A DNA stretch of 36,814 nucleotides from Perkinsus chesapeaki ATCC PRA-425 (taxonomy: Eukaryota; Protista; Perkinsozoa). Position 1 is the stretch's first letter. Every line of letters begins with the position of its first letter. Positions 11,301 through 22,573 of this stretch are shown piece after piece. The stretch lies in NCBI GenBank assembly GCA_013115145.1, contig JAAPAO010000358.1, positions 1-36,814 on the forward strand, read 5' to 3'. The position numbers and the translations under genes are program-made. The notes under the pieces are model-generated. The model did no database searches, had not been told where the DNA came from, and saw nothing but the letters and a program-made list of their open reading frames with translations.

Positions 11301-12678
11301 GAATCGCCCTCCATCAGCGTCACCAAATTTTTCGCTGGCTTCCGATTTCAGAAAATTTTCTTGTTTTTTTTGGTAAATTTACTGCCTTACATGTACAAAA
11401 ATCGGGTCCATAATGCAGCGCTCGAAAAGAACGTTCCGAACTCGACTTCGAGTGGCCCGCCGAAGCGGCTCAACAATCCTCATCCAACAATCTCGACCTC
11501 TCTGAAAACAACCTATTTTGTATCATACCAGTATCAACCTAAGATACTCTCCTTACCACATTCCGTATCGTCAAGCTTCTCAAGTTCGCGTAATCGACGA
11601 GTCTTCTAAAACTGCACAAGTTGGAATCAGTCAACTTGAAAATATAATTCATGAATCGCTTCGCTCCGCCTAACTTTATTTACCAAATTTGTTTTATCGT
11701 CAAATATTTCATTATACGCCTGGCAAGATAGGGTACCCGATAGAGCTCTTGGAAACATGCATGGGTCGATGCCAATCATATACCTGCGGGAAGTTGGGGA
11801 AATTCACGGAAGAAAATTAGGAAAAAAACTAACAGGAAAGACTTGGATTTTGGAGCGCTACTGTAGTCTTCTCCACAAGTCTCTTTCACAAGTCGAATCC
11901 TCTGACATATTTTCGTGTCAAAAAATTCACAAAAAAAAGCTTTTATGTGTTTTTTGTTGAAATGCCTGCGAGTGATCGATTACGGTTATTGAGGATTTAA
12001 CCAAATTCCCCCCTATCGATTTGGTGAAAAAACCCAGAAAAATCGGAAAAATTTTCCGATTTTTCCCTACCGAGATAATGTTCCCGGAGCATCGGCTGCA
12101 GCTCCTGAGGCGTCTAAAATAACAGTTTCGATAGAATCTCTCACCGCCCCTGAAAATTGAATCACAATTCACCTTTAGTATCAACCTACCGCAAAGCTTA
12201 TGGCAGGTCGGGGGGACTCTGGTGAACCTAGAAAATATCTTTGAGAGATCAAATACTATTACACCAAACAGAGTGGTGCAGAACGGACTACGTCGGAGGT
12301 GGGGCGGCGAGTCAAGTAATATTTGTTATTTTACTGTTCTCCCAAAAACACTGCCAAATGCTTCCAAATGGCGTTCCGTAATTTCCGATTGTTCCGGAAA
12401 TTTCGGTAAATATTGATGTGCAGTTTATTTTTCGACCTGAGAATGGCTGGAGTGTATCTCGTCGTCTATCTGCAGTGAGGGGGATAATCTTCACGAGACC
12501 TCCAAATATTTTGCAGTTCTTTTGACGTTCGCTGATTTTCGTAAAATATCCAAAATTTTCCGCTTACATTCTTTTATTTCATTTTTGGAAATTTTCCGAA
12601 ATTTTCTGCTTACATTTCAGCCTCGTCGAGAAAACTGAACACCTGCGCCCACAACTCATTCGAGAGAGCTTCCACCAT
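8385..12678 (-). CDS. Multi-exon F-box/leucine-rich repeat protein with acidic C-terminal tail (exon model partial; could be two genes)
   Basis: First exon MVEALSNELWAQVFSFLDEAE (F-box). LRR segments KLENL|VISECHIG, LRVLRFEQC, LQNLKRLELDENFLFDAGV..LETLSLMGNYI and ITEVDLSDNQI. Canonical GT-AG introns (e.g. 9871-9917, 10364-10409, 8901-8930). Last exon VSETEDFL* ends at 8385. Confidence 0.7.
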
Positions 12679-12966
12679 TAAAAAATAGCAACTAAATTTC
12701 ACAAAATTTCCATTTTGTTACGCCGGAGCACCACTAATGATACCAGTCTCGTGCCATGCAATCTCCGCGAGAATCTCTACTGTTCAAGATGAGTATCTTA
12801 GCTTGAAGCCTGCGAGATACCCAAAAACCCCTTTAACTTCCTCCAAGTCACTCTGACCATTCACAAGCACCCCCAAGTATCTTAGCTCGAAGCGTGCATG
12901 ATACTCCATAGCTTCACTGACAAACTCAACACCCACTCCTTTAAGAAGCACCGAACTTTCAATCAA

Positions 12967-15900
12967 CTATTCCTCATCTCTATGATGTCGATGATGACGC
13001 CTCTCGCGACTTCTCGATCGTTCTCTTCTCGAATCTCTCCGCTCGCGATCACGATCACGGTCACGACTAAACAAATCCGTTGAGGAAATGCAAGTCAGAG
13101 CAAGATTGCATGATTCCCATTCCCATGTTTACCGAGATTCACCATCATCTCTCGCTCTTGCTCGATCACGATCACGGTCTCTGAGACGCGGGCCGAACTC
13201 GTCAAATTGCCTATGTGGCGGTGGGCCCTCATCATATCTAAGCGTTGAGGAAATGCAAGATTTAGCAAGATTACCGAGATTTGCTCTCACCTCGAGCCTT
13301 TGCCTTTACCTTTACCCCAACTGGATTCGTATGGTGGCGGTGCACCATACCTGGACAAAGAAATGATATAAATATCTTACTACAGACTGAAATGCACGCT
13401 TCAACCTCATCAAAAAATGAATTTTCCCATTCAACATATCTTTCCTCTCCATTAAATGCACGCTTCAACCTCACTAAGAATGAATATTCCCACTCAACAT
13501 ATCTTTAGTCTCCATTAAATGCACACTTCAACCTCCCCTGACCTTACCCCTTTCCACGACTGCTGCCGCCTCCTCCCTTTCCAAAATCGTCCATTCCCCA
13601 CCTCGGTGGCCCTCCCTTCCCCTTCCCCTTTCCATAACCGTCATCATATCCTCCTTTTCCTTTACCCCAGCTCGACATCCTCGGATGACTGTGATATCCT
13701 TGCTCCCATTCAGCAGCAGGTGGACCGAAGGCACTAGGAGGCACTCCAATAGAACTCTGAGGACCCTTCTTCGACTTTGGCTTTGCGATCCTAAACAACA
13801 CATCTGCGCGCGACTAATATAACTTATATTAGATTATATAAATCATTTATTACAAAAATTATATAATTCATTTTCATGAAAGAACACCCTATGAACAATA
13901 CTAAATATTCAACCCCATCATAGAGATAATCTTTTCCCATGAAAATTGCCGACTGCCCCTTTTCTCCTCCCAAAGAGCAATATTATCCAACCCAACGCCA
14001 CTTAGAGATGCAATTGGCACGAGCGGTCAAATGGCCAAAAGGTCGACTCTTTACAGTGCAATTGCCAATTGCACCGCAAAGAGCCGATCTCCCCGGTAGT
14101 CAACAGATTTCGCAAAAAAGATACCTCGCACCGAGGGGAGGTCGATTACGGACCATCGTGATTGATTCCACAAATCTTTCCAACAATACTCTTTTGATTT
14201 AAGATTGTTAATAAAATCTATAGAATTCCAATTGTCATCTTCCATAAATTAACATCAACTCCATCGCATCTCACGAAATGCTTCCACATTCCGCAAAAAA
14301 CGAAAAATTCCGAATGTCAGCTTCGAGCTTCAAACAACGAAAACTGTATTTTCGGAAACTACCTTTTTCACCGGTTATTTCATACTTTTAATCCAAGTCT
14401 AAATGGGAATATTTCAAACCCCTCCCATTATAACCTTCCGCTTCCTCTTCCTCCTCCCATCCTTCTTGGAATCCACCCCGAGACGGTTCTGCCGCGCTCG
14501 ACATCAACCAACACTCGACGACCGTCAATTTTAATACCGTCAGCCTACAGTCGGTTTAATAGGATACAATTTCGTGGCGCGTGACTTTATTACATTCTTG
14601 TATGCCTGTTTCAAGCTGCTTTCGCTGTCAAATTCAATAAAAGCATATCCTCGGCTTCTCCCATCCAAATCATGTATAATGGTCACCTGGCAACTCACAT
14701 TACCGCGCGCCACGAAATTGAATAATAGAGCATCTCATATAGCAAATGATTAAAAGATATTAATTACGATAACTATTCGACAGCTGCGTCAGTAGCTGCA
14801 GGTATTTCCACCCGAACCTTCGAGGTATCTTTTCGCACTGTGAAGATTCCCAAGGTATCTTTTCGCACTGTAAAGATTCCCAAGGTATCTTTTCGCACTG
14901 TAAAGATTCCCAAGGTATCTTTTCGCACTGTAAAGATTCCCAAGTTATCTTTTCGCACTGTAAAGATTCCCAAGTTATCTTTTCGCACTGTAAAGATTCC
15001 CTCACCTTTCGTATTGGTCCATATTCTCCAAAGATACGTTCCAATTGCTTCTCGGTCGTCTCATAGGCCACTCTAGCGACAAATAGAGTTTTAAATGGAT
15101 CTCCAGATACCTGAAAAAGATACTCTTGCGAATTGTAAAGAATTTAAAGATATTCTTCGCACTATAAAGACTTTAAAGATACTCTCCGCACTATAAAGAA
15201 TTCAAAGATATTCTTCGCACTATAAGGACTTTAAAGATACTCTCCGCACTATAAAGAATTTGAAGATATTCTTCGCACTATAAAAAAATTAAAAAAAATA
15301 ATGTATGGAAATTTATTTATATAAATTTATATATGGAAACTGTTAACGGCGGTATTGCTAGTCTTCTTCCCACCGACGGCGCTACTTTATCGTTATCCTG
15401 AGGCTTATAGTCATCTCGTAGACGTTTAATAAGCTCCTCGTAACTGACAAGTAATATCTTTCAATATATCAAATGCAACCTTCAACCTCGACCACCAAAT
15501 GCACGCTTCAAGCTCAGATATCAGTATTTAGATTGCTAATATCAATGTTACATGTCCACCCGACACCCGAAGCTGAGCTTCCTCCGATTCTCAGAAAATA
15601 AATTAATACGCCGCAAATGAAAAATGAATAACCAATCTGCACGTTGCATAAATTCCACTACCTCCCTCAGGAAACGAAGGGGAATTCATTGGACTATAAA
15701 TCAAAGAGGAGATGCAGGTGAACCGCGAAGAACAATTTCTCCTCTCAATGGATACAGGTTAACGGAGTTGACCCAGTTAATTCGGGGACGACTGGCCAGA
15801 GTGTGCACTGAAACCTCTAAACGCTCGGAAGGAAGGAAGGAATCAAGAAAGCTTGCATACCCAGTACGAACAATACACCCGGCGAATCTCCGAATGGAGT

Positions 15901-16743
15901 AAATGAAGGAATTCAACGGTAATAATAACAGAACGCTCCAACAGAAAATGATACACATTATGATTTTAAGCGACCACATTTTTGAAGTATTAGTCTTCGA
16001 TCTCGAAGATTTGTCATCGACCCTTTCTCACCAAACTCTTCACCGCACAAATCAACCATAGTTCTGCGGACTGTCCTCCCGAGCATCTTTCCAAATTTTC
16101 AAATAACTCATTTTCATGGGGTTTACTAGGCCATTGTTGCGTGAAGAGAATTAAGATATTTCAATCTTTCTACCACTGCGATTTCAGGAATCTTTTATGG
16201 GACACTGAAGCACGGTGTAACCTCCGACTTGACGGAGAGGGGCGCCACTATATCCAACTAATTTCATATTTATATCCGAGTGGTCGCCGGTTCGAATCCC
16301 CCGACGGTTATTATTACTTTTCCTTTTTCTCCTTGACTTTCCGTTTCTTCCTCTCCAAAGGAGTTTCATTGTGTGTTCGCTCCGGTGGCTCACCGTCCTC
16401 GAAGTACTCCACGAAGTCGGTTAAACCTGAATGGGACATCTTAGCTTTAAGCGTGCATGATACTAGAGAGGTCAAGTTATGAATTTCAGTTGAAACTATC
16501 TCAGAGGCCCCCAGGTTTAAGCATGTGGAACATAAAGAATAATACATCAAAAACAAGCATATCAGCCTACTATCCCCCAGTATCCAAGGTGGAAGCACGC
16601 ATGATCAAAAGAAGGTTGATTCACTTACCAGTCAAATGACGAGCAGTCACAGGAGCCTTCCGGATTTGCGGCTTCTCGTAAGCTTGCGGCGGCCTCGGGC
16701 AGAAGAGGGCCAGCAAATGCGGGGGCATTCCCTGAGCGCTCAT
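12967..16743 (-). CDS. SNRNP70: U1 small nuclear ribonucleoprotein 70 kDa (multi-exon)
   Basis: N-terminus [19 protein letters not shown]; [24 protein letters not shown]; [36 protein letters not shown] / SRGYAFIEF / [32 protein letters not shown]; RD/RE/RS tail ending HHRDEE* at 12967. Confidence 0.95.
13390..13535. repeat. About 63-64-bp intronic tandem repeat (2.3 copies) carrying half of the 28-bp element (AAATGCACGCTTCAACCTC)
   Basis: Units start at 13390, 13454 and 13517. Confidence 0.8.
14822..15001. repeat. 30-bp minisatellite x6 in an SNRNP70 intron (GTATCTTTTCGCACTGTAAAGATTCCCAAG)
   Basis: Near-perfect units; starts 4 nt inside the GTGAG donor at 15005. Confidence 0.95.
15117..15284. 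repeat. 29-bp minisatellite x~6 with alternating A/B units in the adjacent SNRNP70 intron
   Basis: Units AAAGATATTCTTCGCACTATAAAGACTTT and AAAGATACTCTCCGCACTATAAAGAATTC alternate; the acceptor is at 15111. Confidence 0.9.
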
Positions 16744-16882
16744 GGTGGAGAAAGGGAAACTTCCAGATGCTTGACATATTTCGTATCTTGCACGCTTCAA
16801 GTTTAGATACCATGCAGTTCTGAGAACCCGTCAGCCCACGATAAGGTTGATTAATGCTTTTCACAGACTGAAAAGATTCTCT

Positions 16883-17070
16883 TCAGTATCCCCCTCCCTG
16901 ATTGATTTCAACTGCATACACACAACTAAATTCACTGGGCGCCGCAGAATACCGTTGAGGAAACACAAGTCTGCGCAAGAGCTCAAGATTCACCCAAATC
17001 GGTTGTCCCAGCTGGCAATGCCTTCGTGCTCAGTTGCCTTGACGATTGGTACTATTATACAGGTCGACTG
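16883..17070 (-). CDS. Last two exons of a possible small unannotated spliced gene (...IVKATEHEGIASWDNRFG|EFSCVYAVEINQGGGY*)
   Basis: A GT-AG intron at 16935-16993, of the same repeat family as other introns here, joins two open frames. The start was not identified. Confidence 0.35.
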
Positions 17071-17465
17071 ATTGATCTATTTATTAAATAGATTCCTATC
17101 TTGTACTGTTGTGCTCCCTTTGTTCATTAGTTTGCTACTTCCCATATATGTACACAGAAGTTATGAAGACTTATCGACTTCAGGATGACCGTAGACCGGC
17201 GTATCGTTGACTTAATCAAGCTTAATAGCTCAGACCCTTCCCCTTCAGTTGATTAACACTTGCTTCACTCTTCTTCATTCAACATCGCTGGACATCCCTG
17301 TAGGTCCAGTGATATAGCCTGGAGTTCAAGACAGCAGCCGTATTGTACGGGAATAGCTGTCCAGAGACCCCCCTTCAAAGATGACTTAGGTTAACGACGT
17401 TGCTGATCTTTAATTGACAATGCCAACAAACAAGCAATAAGGTGGAATGAAATCCAAAGGACTCA

Positions 17466-17858
17466 TCATGATTCGAAATCATCTTTATAATACAAAAGAT
17501 ACGCCAATCTCATCTTCCTCAGAACAAACCTCGCAATTCCCATGACAAAAAGAACTACACACGCGAGCGCTAGGAGGCGTAAAAAGTAGGACGAGCAATA
17601 GCCGCCATCATCTTCATCACGCTTCTGCTTGATATCGGTTTCAGAAAGACTCGATAGACGCCTGCGAACCGTCCGCTCGTTTCTAGCCATAACATCGTCG
17701 TCGACGTCACTTGATAAAGTCGGCTCCACCTGAAAAAGCGCTCTTTGAAGGTAAGAATAAAACAGTATCAGTTTTGGTAGCCTCTTCACCACTTCTCCAG
17801 CCCTTACCTTATCTATCTCATTTTTTATGCGTTTCCTCACAGTTCCAGACGATGTCAT
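17466..17858 (-). CDS. Hypothetical protein with a C-terminal transmembrane helix (tail-anchored-like); probably spliced, 5' end uncertain
   Basis: 130-aa ORF with hydrophobic FLRLLALACVVLFVMGIARFVL near the C-terminus; an internal GTAAG donor. Confidence 0.5.
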   Translation of the reverse strand: MTSSGTVRKRIKNEIDKVRAGEVVKRLPKLILFYSYLQRALFQVEPTLSSDVDDDVMARNERTVRRRLSSLSETDIKQKRDEDDGGYCSSYFLRLLALACVVLFVMGIARFVLRKMRLAYLLYYKDDFES

Positions 17859-19311
17859 TTATACACTTTTCTGGATAAAAATTCTACCGACGACCACCAA
17901 ATACGAAAACGGTGAGAACGTCGATTTTCACTCAATTACAGGTGCCTCTTTCACCACTACTAACATTTCAAGGACAACCCTCAACGGTCGATTTTCACAT
18001 CAGTCAGCACCGAGAACCAAGTGGCAAATTGAGGTCGGCCGAGGGACGTCTCACAATTCGGTTGTCGTCACCTGCAATTTGAAAAGTGTTTTTCGATTGG
18101 AAAGTTCGCAAAGAGTTTGTTTTTACAGGAAATGAGCTGCCCCAGAAGTAATGCATTCGATGTCTTGGAACACATCGCCATTCTATCTACATTAAGAACT
18201 CTTTTTGATATATTTTCGTGGGAGTAGATGACCCCCTTTAAACTAATAAACTCAAGCCAATTTGATGACAAGGAAGGATTAAGCAACATGAAGGTGTTGA
18301 TAAGCATTAATCAAATCAATCATTAACAATACATCACCAAGCTTCATCACTGATAATGAAGAGGCGCCAAATCTCAACAGCACTAACGACTGGGACGTGT
18401 CTCTTCTCATTAGTTCCAACGTTCATGAGTTCCTCGACCCTCAGGGAGAGAGTCCATCCAACGTGAAAGAGTCTCTCACGTTCGCGCTCCTACAACTGTA
18501 TTAAAATATATATTATTGTGTCTCCTTTTGTGCGACCTTTCCCTCAGATATGCAGGACGCTAACGCATCCTTGTCGCTGTACCAATCCTCTGTAGCACAC
18601 AATGGGTCTGTCCCGATGGGAGAAGATAGGAGCTAAGCTAAGACTATGAAGATGATGCAGCTCTATCGAGTAATTACTGGATCATTAATAGGCATTCCTT
18701 CCCTATTTCATCCAGTGTAGTGTTGTCTCAATTAGCAAATCACTAGCAGGTATCTTTAGCTTATGTTACGCTGTGCTAGATACTTAGCAGTGTTGCGATC
18801 AATTGCAATTTTATAATTTCTTCCAACTTTATCATTCAATGTCGAGTTCCATGGGGTCACAACAATCCATAACATTGCCATATTTGAAGACATATAACCA
18901 CGAAAAAGAAGTTACTAATATATACTGATAAGAATAATAATAAATCTGATAAATTCATATCTATTAATCAGATTAATTCCAGAAACAGTGAGACGTTATA
19001 ATTCTGGACCCCCGTAATTTCTTCATTAGTGCAACCACTTTGAGTATTATTCTCGCTTCAGTAGTGCCACCAAAACGCACGCATACTATTATACGAAGAG
19101 TAACGTTATAACTCAGCAGTTGATATATCTCTAGCCATTCGATAAGCTCATCTGTGGAGCCACCAGAAATGTTCACAAAACAAGTCGACTAACGAAGCTG
19201 TGTCAAATTCTGTGTCCAACTGGGTTCCTGAATTATCTCACTAGTGTGCAACCTATGGAGGATCTAACCCCGCCAACCTAAGATACGCCTTCAACACCAA
19301 CTCGCGCAATA

Positions 19312-19333
19312 AACAGGGGCCCTGTTACAGGGC
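19312..19333. other. 22-bp double palindrome (inferred TSD AACAGGGC)
   Basis: A ACAGGG[G]CCCTGT[T]ACAGGG C. Confidence 0.7.
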
Positions 19334-19570
19334 TCATCGAATGAATAAGCGTTGCTGAATTAAGATATGTTTTGAAAATCCATTCAGATTATAATCGATA
19401 ACTAATCGGAAGTCATTCTCCAGGAGGATGACTAAGCGGAGAAGGATTCCTCCTCCGTTTCTTGCCGTCCAGCTACTCTAAAGTATCTCTTAAGTGTTTA
19501 AGTTGAGTATAATACCACTAAAGCTTACATAATGAAATCCACTCAACCTCGCCCAGCGACACGCTTGTGG

Positions 19571-19592
19571 CTGACAAGTTGTCAGTGACAAC
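19571..19592. other. 22-bp double palindrome (inferred TSD CTGACAAC)
   Basis: C TGACAA[G]TTGTCA[G]TGACAA C. Confidence 0.7.
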
Positions 19593-20286
19593 GAAGATTT
19601 TCGTGGCGCGCGAAACAGTTCCAGACCCAATTGGATATATTAGAGGACTGTTTACACCACACCCAGAAAGTTTTAAGTCTATGGATCTCTTCTGAATACT
19701 GGTATAGGAGCGTATCTGAGTTGACCCATACTGAACCGTGCATGCTTCAACCTAAGATATCTGCACCAACTAAACCAAAATAACAACTTGAACTAATTAA
19801 ATAAGTTACGAATTATAGCATAATCCCAAGTCCAAAATTATTATTAGTATCCTTCGTCCAATTCCACTGCTAAACCCGTCTGGGAAGGTATCAAACGGAA
19901 ATGACATCGTTAATATTATTGTATTGAACTGAGACAAGACTGGAAGAACCAAAAACGATTGACTTCGAATTAGTTCATTTCCAATCAATCAGTATTCTAA
20001 TTCGAGAAATTAATCTCCAATCATCGATTAGTAATCGACTCCATCTCTAGGGGGCCCTAACGGACATAAACCTGCCTGAAAAATTTACCACGATAAATTT
20101 TCACTGAGAGCAAGAAAATCATATCATTCATCTTCACCCCACAAATCAACATTCAACCCCAGCTACTTGCCATCTTCCTAAATATCAATAATATCGAAAA
20201 GTCTAACTGATAGCAATAACGTCAAAGTACAGGAAAAATATAATTTCCCTCACCGTCAAAAAACGAAAATTTTCTCGTTTTTTGGC

Positions 20287-22560
20287 TTACAATTGTCGCG
20301 GAAATCGATTAATTCTTTCAACATGTTGTTTAGTCTCCGCCTTCACTTTCTCGCTCGCTTTCTTGCTCATCTTCCCCGGCAATTTCAACGAATCTACACG
20401 TTGAGAGAATGCAAGTGAGAGCAAGATTGCAAGATTCTCACGTCCCATTCTCACATAGCGCTTCCTTATCTTTCTCAAGCGCTCTTCAAGGTCATCTCTC
20501 GCCTCTACAAACCACGCAGGTTCGATCCTCCCCGCCGCAATATTAACTCACTCAAATTCCGTTTCTTAACATGCTTGATCCAGTTTAGGAATTGACTATG
20601 TTCGTCCCGTTGGAAATAAATCAACGTGACCAAGTCCTCTTTTTCCTTTACAAGACGCTTCAATCGCGCAGTCTCTGTTAAAACAACAAAATAACAGAAA
20701 ATTTACAAGAAAATTATTTTCCGGAATTTCTTTTGGAATATTCGTAATTGAAAATTTACTTGCAAATTTTTTTCAAAATTGGTTTTTTAAAATACCTACT
20801 GTAGAGCTCATAATTGTCCCTCCCTTCGAACCCGCGTGCAATTTTTTACCGACAAATCCAATGACTGATAAAAAATTTCCGAAAATTCGTATTTCTGGCC
20901 GAACTTTTATCAAGAAAAATTTTCCGAATTTCCAATAATACTGGTTAGTCGAATAATTTCTCAGAAACTCTTTCGAAAACTTCCCCAAAATTTCCGAAAA
21001 TTTCCCAAACTTCTTCAAGGAATAGCGACTGACCTATCGCTAGAACATTCTTGAACGCAGACGACTCCATCAAATTCGCAGCCTCCAACTCCCGCACTTC
21101 CCTCCATAGTTTTTCATGCCTGACAGGAAAAATTCAAAAAGAGGGAAATTTTTTCCGATGAGATTCCGGAACCGCACGCGGAAGATTTTCCCACAAAAAG
21201 CTTCTTACCGTTGCAACACATCACGAGCATTTCTCATCCACAACTTCGACTTCATAAGCTCGTCGTCAATCTCATCGACACTGAAATCGATCAATCGGGC
21301 GCGCGCTAATTACAACCCCGCTTACTGCTCTCGCTTCGGTGAGATTCTCTCTTGTTTTGCCTCCAGGAGACCTTTCAACCTGTTTTGAGGATTCTCGAAA
21401 AGATTCCGAAATCTTTCTGATTTTTTCCGAAGATTATCGGTGCAACTCAAGCAGACTAGAATGCAATGGAAAAAAATCGAGGAAAAATGAAGAAATCAGA
21501 AAAATTTCGGCGAAATTTTAATTTAATTGCTGCGAATTGAGCGCAATTCCTTTTTCGATGACATGAAAGCTTCTTTACTTTTCTGAATCAGATAAAATTT
21601 TCCGTTTTTCCCAGAATTTTTAGATTTTTCCCCCAAAATTTACCATTCCTACCTCGTTCGCATTCCCGAGATTTTCATCTCCAGTCCAGCAATTTCTTCC
21701 CTCATCATGGTTCGGGCACTTGCATCTCCTAATTTGGGGCGCGCAAGAAAATCGGAGAAGTGAAATTAACAGAATTAATTTCCTCAGCTGGCGACTCGAC
21801 AAGGGAATGACGATGACGAAGTGTATAACGCGGCATTTTTCCCCCAAAAAAGAAATTTTTTAACGAAAAATTTTAGGGAAAATTTCGGGAAGAATTTCAA
21901 CAGAAAATTTCCGTGTAAATTTTTGTACTAAAGTGGCAACCTCATCCAGCTGAAAGTTTGATCAGCTTTATCGAAGTTGTAGCAAATTTCATTAGTTGGA
22001 AAAGTTTAATTTTTCCGGTTTTTTCCCGAATGAAGAAAATCGCGAAATTTCTTCATCTTTTAAACCACACTAAGTTCGAAGTTTACGCGACGATTCATCA
22101 ACCGGAATTCTGTGGCGCGCAAGAAATGTGGTTCTAAAACCCAAGAAAATTTTGGGAACTTGACATTTATTTTCCAGAATTTTTACGAATTTCAAAGACA
22201 ACGGAAAAATGCAACTTTTCTTACTTTCATTGTTTGCCGTAAAATGCCTCAAATCCGCCACACCAGTTGAAGCGATGACAGGAATCATTTTTTTACTCCT
22301 AATTGCCGTCGCCGATTGCCGTTTGGGACTTCCATAGCTTAGCGGAGCGAAGCATTTCATGTTTTACATTTTCATATTGGCCTACCTAACTATGGGGACG
22401 TCGTCATTCCCGTCTGCGTTCGGTGGAATTCCGAAAGCTGATAAGAAAGATTCTTGAATCAAGGCGAACTGAACAGAACGTTTTAAACTGGGTAAAATAT
22501 TCCGATTAGACTCACGTTTAATCGTTCACGCTCCAGCGGTAACTCCATTTTCTCTTCCAT
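20287..22560 (-). CDS. Multi-exon coiled-coil hypothetical protein (ends uncertain; may be continuous with the upstream gene)
   Basis: Exons MEEKMELPLERERLN, MMREEIAGLEMKISGMR, LKGLLEAKQERI, VDEIDDELMKSKLWMRNARDVLQ, LWREVRELEAANLME and WFVEARDDLEERLRKIRKRY, flanked by GT/AG. Confidence 0.55.
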
Positions 22561-22573
22561 TTCGCCAACCCCC

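Noticed and set aside
14760-15284. CRISPR-like array or repetitive protein (ORFs with [10 protein letters not shown] / [10 protein letters not shown] repeats)
   Set aside because: The repeats are head-to-tail with no unique spacers and no cas genes, and lie within GT-AG introns of SNRNP70.
18973-19176. Merlin/IS1595-like transposase N-terminus (LIEWLEIYQLL...CVRFGG)
   Set aside because: The resemblance is short, the Cys pair is incomplete and no DDE core is visible.
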